In this document: piece by piece, positions 25,727-38,900 of the stretch | Layout of the letters: each line of letters starts with the position of its first letter | How positions within the stretch are numbered: the first letter of the stretch is position 1 | Assembly (NCBI RefSeq): GCF_000002075.1 | Contig: NW_004797412.1 | Location: forward strand, 1,340,478 to 1,404,477 | DNA length: 64,000 bases | Direction: 5' to 3' | Source: Aplysia californica | Lineage: Eukaryota | Notes under the pieces: model-generated | What the model saw: the letters and a program-made list of their open reading frames with translations, nothing else | Database searches by the model: none | Told to the model about the DNA's origin: nothing | Translations under genes and position numbers: made by a program

Positions 25727-28700
25727 TGTTAAAGATAGATACGCCTATCAGGCATTTTGGATTAGCATTAGTCGGCAGTGAAGTCTGGCCACTTGTGGTG
25801 TGCGAGTAAGCGAAAAATCTTGGTCGAGTAATGATCGGTTAAATGCAAAACTGTTCGGTTAACCGATGAAATTGACCGAAAAAAATTTTCTCGACCAAGA
25901 AATCTAGATCGAGCAGGGGTCAAAAGTCATCGCAGCTGCGCCGTAAGCACGCATTTTTCAGCTGATGTCTGGATCTAAAAATAGCTTTTGGTCTTCGTCG
26001 CTTCACGCGGTATAAAAATAAGAGTCAAGTAGATCGAGAAGATGCGTGCAAAGTTAGTTAATTTGTTTAACTTGTATTTTTATTGCTCCTTCCGGGAAGA
26101 TTGAAGAATACCGGANNNNNNNNNNNNNNNNNNNNNNNNNNNNNNNNNNNNNNNNNNNNNNNNNNNNNNNNNNNNNNNNNNNNNNNNNNNNNNNNNNNNN
26201 NNNNNNNNNNNNNNNGGGAGGGGGGGGAGAGAATGTGTGTATACGTGTGTATGTATATATAAAGAATTTATTACATGAGTTGTGGTGTAAGATCATGGGA
26301 GTGAAATTGCCAAGTTGTAATCACGAGTTTCAACGAGTGATTACAACTGGCAATTTCACAAGTAGGATAAATCATGGTCTTACACCACAGCGAGTGTAAT
26401 GAATTTTTTATACCATACTGATATCAGCTGGCGAAATACATCTGTACAAACAAAGTTCAAATGACCCGTCAATTGGACAAGAGGATCCATTCTAGAGTCT
26501 CACATGAAAACAACATTTCCATGCCCGTGGAAGTCAGATTGAGAATTGGGAAAAATCTGGATTGTTTTCCTTTACTTTTAGCCACCCTAATTTACAAGTT
26601 GTGCTATCCGTATGTCTCCCTCCGCGAAACAAACCCCAAACAAAACAGTCATAACGTAAATATAAGCAAAGTAATAAGAAAACGTACGATTCAAAAGTTG
26701 AAAGAAACTGTATTAATATAGCATGTTGTTGTTAGAATAGAGATGACTTTGATTTTGATTTTAAACTTCGTAATCAAAACAAACCAAACGCAAGGAGTTG
26801 GATCTATTCTCTAGCTAAATCTAGATATCTAGATCTAGATCTAGATCTAGATCTAGATCTAGATTTAATCTAGATTCTAGATCTAGCGAATTGCATTACA
26901 TTGGTCAAAGATGGAAAAAAAGGCATTTAAACAACAAAAGTTGTCACGCTATTTGAAAACTGATGTGCCGATTCCAAATATTATGATGTTAGATATCTAG
27001 ATTTTGTCTATGGATTTTCGATATTCTTGATTTCTTAAGGGGAGGTAAGAATATCAGAATAACAAGGGAAGTAACTTTTATTATTTCAAAAAAAAAGTAA
27101 TTATCCAAGAGTGTTATACTCGTATATTGACGAATATCATATTTATCAATTACATATTGTTTTAAAGTTTAATCTTCTTTCAGCTATATATTTGATTATT
27201 TGGTATATGTAGTGATAGAATTAGTGTGAACAAATATTCGAAAGGCAATGCGAGTGACCTAAACAGTGCGTTTATTAATGTTAGATAAAGTGACTATCAA
27301 ATTTTTAAAATTTTGTGTTTTCTGATGATCATTTAATTTATTCCAACTGATATAGGCCTAGGCCTCTCCCTTCCTCCACGGTTCAAAGTTCACACAGCGA
27401 ACAGTACCGTCTTGCTGTTTGAACACATCGGACTGTCTTGTCGCCATCAAGACGGTCCTACGCCATCGAGCCCGTGCCGCTCGCTCGGTGTATCGAGACA
27501 GTACAAGTCAGCAGGTCAGGTTTGGAGCTTGTCCTGGGGCAAATCTCTAAGCCGAGCGCAAATCAGTACTGTGTGAATTGTGGGGCCTGTGGCAGCGGTG
27601 GGACTTGAGGCTTGCGCAGGCCTTCGATTAATCGAATAAACTACAGCGCCACGCCGCGCAGTGACTCTGTGGGCGAGATCTCTCACTCTCCCCCTCTCTC
27701 TTTTTCTGATGTAAGTGGCTTCGCGGATTGCAAGCAGGGTGGGGATGATGAGGGGGCCTGACACGAGTGGCTTCGCAGATTGCTAGTTGCTGTGGACTTG
27801 AAGTTTAGACCAGACCAAGGAAGTTACAGTTTGCGCTAGACTCAACTTATCATGCTGGTGATTTGATTTGATAATTTGACCTAGTGATTTGAGGCTTGTG
27901 ACTTGAACTAGGGGCTTGTGAGCACGAGCGGGTTTGCTACCGGGGTACAGCCCTACTGAATAGGTTAGGCTAATTCATTGTGCTGGTATTTATTCAATGT
28001 GTTTTTCAAGAAAAGTAAAGATCTAGGCACAGAAACAAAAATCAGCACAGTAATACAGAATAACAAGTTGCAGATCAAAGTCGAAGCGTTGAAATTAAGT
28101 AAAAAGAGGAAAGCACCCAAAATACTAAGATTGAGAATGTGAACAAGTCTAGATCGGACGAAGTATTCTGGCTTAAGAGGTCAGAATGAGAGCAGAGAGA
28201 AATGAAGAGGAACTGAAATAAAGACTTGGTTTGTATAGATGCCAGTGGGTCACTGGTTTGCATGATATAAATCAGCTGATCGGACAAAGTAAAAACAACA
28301 ACACTAGATCTAGCCTACAGACGATGTGTCTCAAGGTCATGTAGGCCCAGACGTAGATCTAGTAAGCCTACGATTCTGCTGCTGGCATGTTGGAGGGGCC
28401 TGGGTTTATGGGTTTTAATATGTTTTATATTGTTGTTGCTGTACTGTCAGTAAATCATTTAGAAAATGGTACCAAAGATGCTTTTTGAAGAGAACGACCT
28501 AGCGCGAAAAGCTATGATGAAGGAGAACTACCCAATTGCGCACATACGCTTATCAACGAAAAGACCCTCATAGTAAACCCCAAGACGGATTAAGACAAGG
28601 CGAGACAGCCTCATTTTCGTTCCAACTGGCTCCACTGGGTAACCAGCTAGATGCGCGTTTAAAGCGTAAACAAACGACAGGAAGANNNNNNNNNNNNNNN

Positions 28701-29929
28701 NNNNNNNNNNNNNNNNNNNNNNNNNNNNNNNNNNNNNNNNNNNNNNNNNNNNNNNNNNNNNNNNNNNNNNNNNNNNNNNNNNNNNNNNNNNNNNNNNNNN
28801 NNNNNNNNNNNNNNNNNNNNNNNNNNNNNNNNNNNNNNNNNNNNNNNNNNNNNNNNNNNNNNNNNNNNNNNNNNNNNNNNNNNNNNNNNNNNNNNNNNNN
28901 NNNNNNNNNNNNNNNNNNNNNNNNNNNNNNNNNNNNNNNNNNNNNNNNNNNNNNNNNNNNNNNNNNNNNNNNNNNNNNNNNNNNNNNNNNNNNNNNNNNN
29001 NNNNNNNNNNNNNNNNNNNNNNNNNNNNNNNNNNNNNNNNNNNNNNNNNNNNNNNNNNNNNNNNNNNNNNNNNNNNNNNNNNNNNNNNNNNNNNNNNNNN
29101 NNNNNNNNNNNNNNNNNNNNNNNNNNNNNNNNNNNNNNNNNNNNNNNNNNNNNNNNNNNNNNNNNNNNNNNNNNNNNNNNNNNNNNNNNNNNNNNNNNNN
29201 NNNNNNNNNNNNNNNNNNNNNNNNNNNNNNNNNNNNNNNNNNNNNNNNNNNNNNNNNNNNNNNNNNNNNNNNNNNNNNNNNNNNNNNNNNNNNNNNNNNN
29301 NNNNNNNNNNNNNNNNNNNNNNNNNNNNNNNNNNNNNNNNNNNNNNNNNNNNNNNNNNNNNNNNNNNNNNNNNNNNNNNNNNNNNNNNNNNNNNNNNNNN
29401 NNNNNNNNNNNNNNNNNNNNNNNNNNNNNNNNNNNNNNNNNNNNNNNNNNNNNNNNNNNNNNNNNNNNNNNNNNNNNNNNNNNNNNNNNNNNNNNNNNNN
29501 NNNNNNNNNNNNNNNNNNNNNNNNNNNNNNNNNNNNNNNNNNNNNNNNNNNNNNNNNNNNNNNNNNNNNNNNNNNNNNNNNNNNNNNNNNNNNNNNNNNN
29601 NNNNNNNNNNNNNNNNNNNTCAAGAAACCATTTTGGTCGATTTACTCGACCAAGAATCTTGCTCGGTTAATCGAAAAATTTGATCGATCAATTGCACCAC
29701 TACACTGGCCACCGGAATGTGACCGGAAGGGGATGTTACTTTTTGTTTTGTTGTGGAAAGATCTAACGGCTGACAACACAGGTTGATACTTACTCATGGT
29801 TTTGTTGAGAGCGTGTTGCTCAATTTTCTCTTAATAAACTTTACCCTTTGAAAACGAATCTGAACTGTTATGCTTGCATGACTGCTGATGTGAAAGAAAA
29901 CTATTAGATCTAGATCTACATTCATTAAA
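25727..29929 (+). repeat. 3' LTR, split (25727-25792 and 29705-29929)
   Basis: Begins TG after PPT aaggtggggagta; resumes after the insertion with CTGGCCAC duplicated. Confidence 0.92.
25793..29704. mobile_element. hAT-like non-autonomous DNA transposon inserted in the 3' LTR
   Basis: 8-bp duplication CTGGCCAC (25785-25792 and 29705-29712); ends ttgtggtg / caccacta; inverted subterminal motifs cttggtcgagtaa / ttactcgaccaag and repeated cggttaa. Confidence 0.75.
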
Positions 29930-32136
29930 GAAACGTCTGTTGTTTTCGTCAAAGAAGAAAATCACATATTGTTCTACATAACAGTTACGATACAACGCTT
30001 ATAATTTCCTGTCAAACTGATTGTGGCTATTTCTTATATCTTTTATCCTTGGTTACTGGGCAGAGCCTGCATAATAGCAAGGCTACTCTCCCTACCTGTC
30101 CATGGCCAACCTAAACTGAGATGGACCCAACGTCTCAGCAGAAAGACTGAATCCAAAATTACGTCGGGGTTGAAAATACATAATGCCTTGTGGTACTTAA
30201 TCCAATACCCAACGATCAACACCCTTGATCTTCGGAGATGTTAATGAGATAAATACCTTTATGAAGCCCAGTCCATACAGCCATAAAAGTCTTAAGCCTC
30301 ATCTTTGCCACGCACATAAACTTCGAACGTCACCTTTGCAAGACATGAGAGCGTGCATTTTAAAAGCAGACTGGGTGCGTCCGCGTGATTTGTCTGCCTA
30401 TTATAACTGACGGGGAAGCTTAACTGCTAGCTTAAAAATGTTTTGGTATAGGCGACTGAGCCTATATCATGTTTTATCGAAATAGTCATCTGCGTGCGAA
30501 ATTTCTAGCCACTGTGTTTTCTCAAACAAATCGTTTTTCTAAACGCATTATTATTTGAAGCGACTGGGCATCTCACAATTAACTGATGGCTTTATGAGGC
30601 TGAAAATTTAGAAAAAAAGTGAACAAACGGTGTTTGTGTTAGTGGCGTACAGAACCACGCTGTAGGATTACATTATACTGTAATTGTGTGGCGGTACAAG
30701 AAACCCCTTTCTCATTGGTCAAAATCTGCAAACTACGATATGCACATGTTTTCTGGGTTACTTACAATTATTTCATACCAATTAATTCAAGATTTCATAA
30801 GTTAAGTCCGTTTAAATGATGTAAGGTAGGGAGTACATACAGCCATGAAAATTGCGTTCAAAGTTATAACATTCATTTATTTCGCTGTAAAATATATGTA
30901 TGCCTATTTATTTCAAATTGCAAGTAGTATTCCTAAGTATGTCCACATTTTGCAAAACGGTGGATGAACAATGTTGACCATGTGGTTGTCCATTTACCAA
31001 ACATATTAATCTAAAATCAATCTGTGAATAAAGCATAGCTCGTCTTGTATTCTAAAGAAGATGGAAATTTGTTACATAATTAAGGTAGGGTCAAGCAAGC
31101 ATAAGATAAACATTCTTAATCATTAATTTCGGCGATGTTTTAAATTAGAAACAATACAAAAGACGCATAAGTTTAAATTTCCACCATAACCCTGATTTCT
31201 CCAAGATGATTGCTAATGCTGACTTAAATCACAAATATCTCGGAAACATTCCCAACTAGTAGCGATGGGTTTTCTTATGCCGCCATGTAAATAACAACGT
31301 TTTTCTCATCTACACTTAGCCTTCTCGGACAAGGGTGAAAAATCTCGGAGGTCCTGTGTGCAAGTTTTGCACGTTAAAGATCCCTTGGTGGTCCAAAATC
31401 AATAAGAGTGGGCTTCGGCCGCCACCCAGGCAAAATTCAAAATTTCCTACCAACTGAAAAAGTGCAATGTGTCCCGTGCGTTCATATGACCTTATGCGAG
31501 AGCCGTAAAACACTTGCCAGAAAGAAAAAGAAATTTCATTGAACTGGAGATCACATATCCAACACAAGGTGTGAACCTTTGTACAGTCAGGCACTTTGGA
31601 CCCTGTGAGACAACGACACTCCACACTATCTTCCTCGGTACTCTGAGCTGATCAACAATCAAAACATGTCCTGAGAAACACCAGTCGGAATTATTCATGG
31701 AGATTCTTATGTACCCTAGTTGTATACACAATGATCGAGAAGCGACGATTTTCAGAACTCGGTGTGAAATTGGGATATTCGCCAACTTTTAATTGAATTC
31801 TTTTTAAGAATTTCCAGGAACCAATAGTATTTTATCGAGTGGCCTTTTACCCCTTTCTCTTCGAAGTGATCAATGCACGTCCGATATTTGGATTTGATCA
31901 TTTAGCGGCTTCTAAAGTACTACCAGTGTGCATTTATAAGCCCATTTGGGTGAGACCGTCATTTGGTAATAATGTTTGAGAATTGAAATTGGTATATTAT
32001 ATAACAAATCTCAATCACTCCGGTTACAGTTTAATTTTAAAAGAATTGAAGAGACTACAGATACAGGTATCTCTAGAATTCATATACAGTGAATAAAACA
32101 TTTTTTAAAGACTTAAATAATCTCAAGCTGAGAAAA

Positions 32137-32909
32137 ATGGCACGTTTGAATAACTTTCAAAATTATATGTTGATCACGATATGTTTTACGATGTTCATCT
32201 CTGTTCCGTTCGGCTATATCTATGTCATGCTGAGTCGTGATTCTTCACGCGAGCAAAACCCGAGAGATACCGAACAAATCTCGAGACATATCGAACAAAT
32301 CCCGAGAGATACCGAACAAATGCCGAGATATCTTGAACAAAGCGTGGGGGATATTTTAAAAATGCCGAAATATATCAAACAAAACGAGAGAGGCAGGAAA
32401 CAAGATCTAGGAGATGTGGACCAAAGTGGCAGCAATATTGAACATAACCCAAGAGATAGCGAAAAAGATCCGAAAGATATAGATCAAAGCAGAGGCGATG
32501 CTGAAAAGAGTCTGGGAGATACTGAACAAGGTCTGAGAGCAATCAGACGAGATGGCGGTCCAAAGGAACGAGTTGGCAGCGGGAATACCCAACCCAAAAG
32601 TGCTTCGAGAGCGGCAGGTTCAGTAGAAGAACAGGTGAGGGATGATAAAGCTGGAGTTCAAAGTACAAAAACTGATTATTATGAACAGACGACAACGGAG
32701 GCAAAGGTTGGCAGGGCAACGACAGCTTCACCGACGCCTGATCCTGGACACGACAGAGAAGTCGGGAATAACCACGATGAAATCAGTTATGGTGTCAAGA
32801 TAAAAGAGGGACACGAAAATTGGTATGACCTGTATTTCGATGAAAAAGAGGAGTTAGAGAGATTGCGAGATTCTCCCTATATCTACCAAGAGAAGTATGA
32901 CAACAGAAG
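32137..32909 (+). CDS. Gene B exon 1: TM anchor and repeat-containing stem
   Basis: First in-frame ATG of ORF 32089-32913; hydrophobic MLITICFTMFISVPFGYIYVML; ends ERLRDSPYIYQEKYDNR-AG|gtaat. Confidence 0.87.
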
Positions 32910-35900
32910 GTAATTTCATATTTACTCTTTTTTTTTTGGTGGCCTGTCGAGTTTTTGTTTGGGGGGGGGGGGTTGGGGGGCACGATAATTCTTTAATTGT
33001 TATCAGAAACTTACTGACTATAGCGAAATACTACTGACTATTAGATCATGAGTAAATAAATACAATGATATTTCAACACCAAACAGAAACAAAAAGAAGC
33101 TGTGAACATTAGTGTTTAGACATAATGTTTAGTAACTGATCATTTTTCATTTAGCTTTTGTCGCCTATTCTAGCTCCACGAAATCTGTGTAGGAGGGTAG
33201 AAACATACCCTTCTTCCACTCTTCTCACATATAGAGACAAGATTTTTAAGCTACCACCAGGTCCATTTTCCTGATATATTTATCATATTCACATTTTATG
33301 TATAGATGTATTTGGCTGCAGCATAGTCTGTAAATTATTCTGTGAGATCCAGGGGCGAAGCGTCTATATAATCAAATAATCACTGCTTCCCTTCCTAATT
33401 TTGAAACATTGTCGCTGTCAAATTCATCCTTAAACGTAAACCTCTTAAATTAAAAGTAAAAAGAGGTTCGTAATCCACAATGAGCATGTCTAACATTCAA
33501 AACGGTTTCACGGCCACATAAATAGCCTCCTCACCCCTCTCGGGCCACTCTATAATCCGTCGCAAGCTTTGATTAAGTAAGCTTAAAGTGAGGCTGAACG
33601 AATCTACCAATACAGTTGAGGGAACATGTGCATAGCAGTCATGGCTGTTTCATTGCCACATATACCCTGTTCACCCCTTTGGGGCCACAGTTAAAATCAA
33701 TCACCAGCCCTGATTAAGTAAGCTAACGAACACTGGTCAAGTCTACCTCACAAATGTGAGGGGAACTAACTCCTAACAATCACTTTACTGCTGCATGTGC
33801 TTGTTTTTTTTTCCTCGACTTTTTACTGTCCTATAATCAGATCGTGACCTCGATTATGACACCAGCTCCTGGCCGCAAAAGGCTAACAAAAACAGCCAAA
33901 TGTGAAATTTAAAAAATGATAATTGTCATGTTCTACCAAAGAGTTAGACTCTCTGGTAGGTCTATAACATATAGATCTAGTACTGACATCTCTGCTTCTT
34001 TGCTTTGTGTTTATGTATTCACATCTAAAGTTAATTTAATTTTAGTTGGAACTGATATTTAATAAGATACTTTCCCGATTATTTTGGCGGTTGAACATAC
34101 AATATGAATTCCGGATTTGTTTTCATTTACAACTCAGTCAGAGTCGCCGCCTCGAGTAAGATTCTTATGTGATATCTACAGGCCATATAGATCTATATCT
34201 GGTCCCGTTTCACTTTGATTACCCTGTCAAACAAGTCAGCCTTCGCCCCTGGTGAGATCCATTTTGTAGGCTTTAAAAACAGTCAATGCTTCAGACACTG
34301 AAAGCATTTTCGACAGGGCATGATCTCGGAAATGTTATGGCTTAGTTCATCTCTAAGATTATATGGTTAAAGGGATGCCAAATATTATATCATCATTCAG
34401 CATGGCACATCGTACAACTGTGGCACTGGCGACTGTGGTGTAGCAGTTAGGTGCTTTGATTTGTCATACAAAAGACCTGAGTTCTTTTATCTCTTTCAAT
34501 TTTTGTTGTTGTTGTTGTTGTTGTTGTTTTGGTAAGTGTTCACGGCGCTCGCAATTGCATGAGGTCATATGAGCGCGCGGGACAATTTAAACTTTTTCAG
34601 TCGGTAGGAAATTTTGAATTTTGCCCGGGTGGCGGCTGAAGCCTACTGTTATCGATTTTAGACCCCCAAAGGATCTTTTACCTGCGCAACTTGCACACAG
34701 GCCCTCCAAGATATTTTCGCCCATGTCCGAGAAGGCTAGTTGTAGATCTTTCCTACCAGAACATATGGGGTGTGGTTGAAAGTCAGCAGTAAGAGGAGCC
34801 AAGGAGTAGCAGTAGAAAGGCTGCAGAAAGAGTCAGGAACCCAGAGGAGGGGGCAGAGGAGGCAGGGGCGAAGGCTGACTTGTTTGACAGGGTAATCAAA
34901 GTGAAATGGAACCAGATAGGGCCTGGAGATATCACACTCACACAAGTCACAAGAATCTTACTGGCACTGGAGGCGGCAACTCTGAGTTGTGAATGAAAAC
35001 AAATCCTGAATTCATGTTGTATGCTTGTTCAACCGCTAAAATAATCGGGAAAGTAGGCCCTATTTCATTAAATATTTATTCTAACTAACCTTAAATTTAA
35101 CTTTAGATTTGAACACACGAACACCAAGGAAAGAAGCAGAGATGTCAGCACTACAATGGCATGTTATACCAGACAGCCGAAACACTTTGGTAGAGCATGC
35201 CAATTATTAATTTTTTATTTCACATTTGGCTGTTTTTTGTCTAGCTTTTCGCGGCCAGGAGCCGGTGTCATAATCGAGGTCACGATCTGATTATAGGACG
35301 TTAAAAAGTCGAGGAAAAAAACAAGCACTAGCAGTGTAGTAGCAGGAGTCAAATGATTATTAGGAGTTAGTTCCCCTCACATCTGTGAGGTAGACTCGAC
35401 CAGTGTAATAGTTCGCTTACCTAATCAGCGCGTCTGGGTGCTTATAACTGTGGCCCGAAAGGGGTGAACAGGGTATATGCGACAATGAAACAGTTCTGAC
35501 TGCTATGCACATGTTCCCTTTAACTCTATTGGTTGACTCTTCCAGCCTCACTTTAAGCTTACTTAATCAAAGCTTGGACTGCTTATGGAGTGGCCCGATA
35601 GGGGTGAACAGGCTATTTCTGTGGCAATGAAACGGTTTTGAAGGTTAGGCATAGTCTATTGTTCATTGGTGGTTATGAACGTCTTTTTACATTTAATTTA
35701 TGAGGTTTGCGTCTATGGGTGAATTTGACTGCGACAATGTTTCAAAATTAGGAAGGGAAGCAGTGATTATTTGATTATATAGACGCTTCGCCTCTGAGAG
35801 GAGGTGAGGGGTGGAGGCAAAAAGAGAAGACAAAAGCAGACAACAGAACGTTGCAAGATAGCTAGGTGTAGATCTTTCCTACCAGAACATATGGGGTGTG

Positions 35901-38900
35901 GTTGAAAGACAGCAGTAAGAGGAGCCAAGGAGTAGCAGTAGAAAGGCTGCAGAAAGAGTCAGGAACCCAGAGGAGGGGACAGAGGAGGTGAGGGGGTGGA
36001 GGCAAAAAGAGAAGACAAAAGCAGACAACAGAACGTTGCTAGACAGCTGGAAAGAAGGTGAAAGAAGACAATATTAGAGAATAAAATTTTTCGGTCGCTC
36101 CCCGGTTCCGAACCCGGTACCTTTGAATTGAGAGGCCAACACCTTAGCCTCTAGGCCACGAGAACCCCCGATCTGAGTTCGATTCCTTCTTGGGGAAGAA
36201 TTTTTCTCTAGTACCTCGATCTTTCTGCTTGGACGTTGTATCCCTACAAGCACGAGTTGTCCCTGGCCGTCGATGGAGATGCATCATATCTACATTTTAA
36301 ACATTCAACTTCAGCTGTAACAAAAATACGCCACTGTAAAGCTTTAAGCTTTCTCTCGCAAACTGTTTGGATACAATTGGCTTCAAGAAAAAATGCGCAA
36401 GGAATTGTCACGAATCACGAACCAGCACTTTAAACACTCGCTGGAATTATTCTTTGAGACTCACAACGTTTCGTAGTTGATTTTAGAGAGCTGTGATGAG
36501 ATTCTAGGAAAAAAATCACTTCCAAATTTTTTTGCAATTTTATTGTCATATGCGCTTAACTTTATCTGTCCAATAGAGAAACATCTGATAGGATAAGATC
36601 AGATTATATAAATTCAAAAAGGAGAAATTTCTTCATTTTTTAAAAACAAAATTATTACTAAGATGCCTGTTTTGTCTCTGCTGATTAATTGATAATTGAG
36701 TACCGGATATTTCTGTTTGTTAAATATGGTGTATAATTAAATCTCCACACCTCTACATGATCATCCGCTGTATTTGAACGCCTGAATGAAGACTTACCAT
36801 CATTCCCAAATCAACGAACCCACCAAAGCTGATCGCAGGTTTTCGCGCGGAGCCTGGCACGCTCGTTGACAAAAGGTAATACCTGAGAGATTCATCATCT
36901 CGCTTATTTGTTTTATCTTTTTAGTTCTGTTTTACTGGTGTCTGTTTTGAAATACTAGTGTCTGTTTTGTTGTAGCTAGGGACTTGCAAAGATGATCTTT
37001 AAAGGCACTGTACACGAAGGGAGAATTACAGGCAGACAGAAAAAGAGATGGGAAGACAACATAACTGAATGGACAGTTTTAAAGTTGGATGAAGCCCTCC
37101 GAAAGGCTGAAAATAGAAAAGAATAGAGAAAGGTGATTTCTATATCTTCCGTGTTGCCCTTAACGTTCATCTAAGACTGAGGGATAAGGAAGGAAGGAAG
37201 GAAGGAAGGAAGGAAGGAAGGAAGGAAGGAAGTCAGTCAGTCAGTCAGTAAGTAAGTAAGTAAGTAAGTTAGTAGGTCTTCACCTTCGCACGTAGTAGTA
37301 GTAGGAAACTTGAGTTTGATTCCAGAGTGGAAAGAATTTTTATCGGGACTCTCGAATATTGTGCCCGGGTTGGCCTTAACAGGCAAGGTCGAAGCCTGCC
37401 TCCTATATTATCTCAAATGTGTCAACAGAGGCTTAAAAACGCCCACATTTTTAACACAGTTTCGTTTACAAGTAGCTCTAACTTTTTTTTGCTTTTCTTA
37501 TATGGATATCTTTCTTCGAGGTCAGGGGCATGTNNNNNNNNNNNNNNNNNNNNNNNNNNNNNNNNNNNNNNNNNNNNNNNNNNNNNNNNNNNNNNNNNNN
37601 NNNNNNNNNNNNNNNNNNNNNNNNNNNNNNNNNNNNNNNNNNNNNNNNNNNNNNNNNNNNNNNNNNNNNNNNNNNNNNNNNNNNNNNNNNNNNNNNNNNN
37701 NNNNNNNNNNNNNNNNNNNNNNNNNNNNNNNNNNNNNNNNNNNNNNNNNNNNNNNNNNNNNNNNNNNNNNNNNNNNNNNNNNNNNNNCTAGCGATGTGTC
37801 TGTCTATCTATGTACTTATCTATCTAGCTAGCTTTTAGCTAGCTGGTCTTTGCTATATTTATGTATATATCTATGTGACAGTCTATCTGCCTATAGATAT
37901 CTATATCTGTCCACACGAATCCGTCTATTTAACTTCTTGGACATGTCTGGCACCACAATTCAAATAACTGGAATAATTTTTACGTGTTTAAATCCGAACT
38001 TTAGAATCTAAAAATCTAACAAAGCGGACAGGGGTGTCAAAGTTTAAAACGAATTGAACAAGTATTTTGAAATGATAACGTTTAAAAAAACACCGGCCAT
38101 CTCTCTTGGCCTCAGCATTTCTAATTCGAAAATCCTCAAATATTTGTCATCGTGCGGGTATCAGGCTCTCGTCAGGACGATAAAATCTACATTGCTCCAA
38201 CTTTAAAATTTTAAAAATCCTATTTCCATTTCAAATCACATTAAAGTGTGGATTTTACTCGGAAAACGCTGATCAAAGACACACAGATGGACACCCAAGC
38301 TTTAGAAGTCACCCAATTTTTGCAACAATTTTCTTGCTATTTTACATTAAACACCAGACGACCCCCACCTCCTTCTATTGCAAATATCTAAACATCTGTT
38401 TAAGAGAGATCGGTATTTTCCCCGAAAACGAGATGAATGAACGAACAGTACTCACATGCGAAAACAATGACAATAGCCTGAAAACACCAGGTCGTGGCGT
38501 ATTACGTGTATACGTATATTATGATTTGCAGACCTCTGTAAAATATTACAACATTTCGCAACCTCAGATGTTCAAAGTTCTATCTGCTCCGTACCAGGTT
38601 TTGAGAAATGTGGCGTCAAAATTTTTGAGTTTCACAATTTTTCCTGATTTTTCGAATGTAATTCTTATATTTTGATAACGACTCCCAATAATCTAACGAT
38701 TTTGATAGAGCAGATAGAGCGTAATAATTGTGATTTCTTACCTCATGGTCTTAGTAGTTCAAAACGGCCAAAAATGCCACGTAGAACTTTGTAATTCTGA
38801 GGTAGCGATTTTTCAACTCAGTCCACCACCCCGGCCCCCAGCTACAGGCAATGTCGATACTCCAACTGTGTGTACACGGAGGACCTCACCAAGGCCCATC

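Larger units (their letters stand above)
20500..29929 (+). mobile_element. BEL/Pao LTR retrotransposon, internally deleted and degenerate
   Basis: 5' LTR 20500-20791; PBS at 20792; RT (YLPHRPVV, RPVFDAS, ADIQKAFLQI, LYVDDW), Pao RNase H ([23 protein letters not shown]), integrase (GVDHAGP, YSDNAKTF, INSRPL, LTPSHFL); PPT; 3' LTR from 25727; TSD GAAAC at 20495-20499 and 29930-29934. Confidence 0.95.

Noticed and set aside
32089-32136. GTG start given by the ORF track for gene B
   Set aside because: Eukaryotic gene; the first ATG at 32137 gives a typical short cytoplasmic tail before the TM segment.
37326-38160. Candidate gene B exon 2 at 37326 (VERIFIGTLEY...) or 38116 (ISNSKILKYLS...)
   Set aside because: Only faint similarity to gene A exon 2 and no convincing phase-2 donor at a comparable length.
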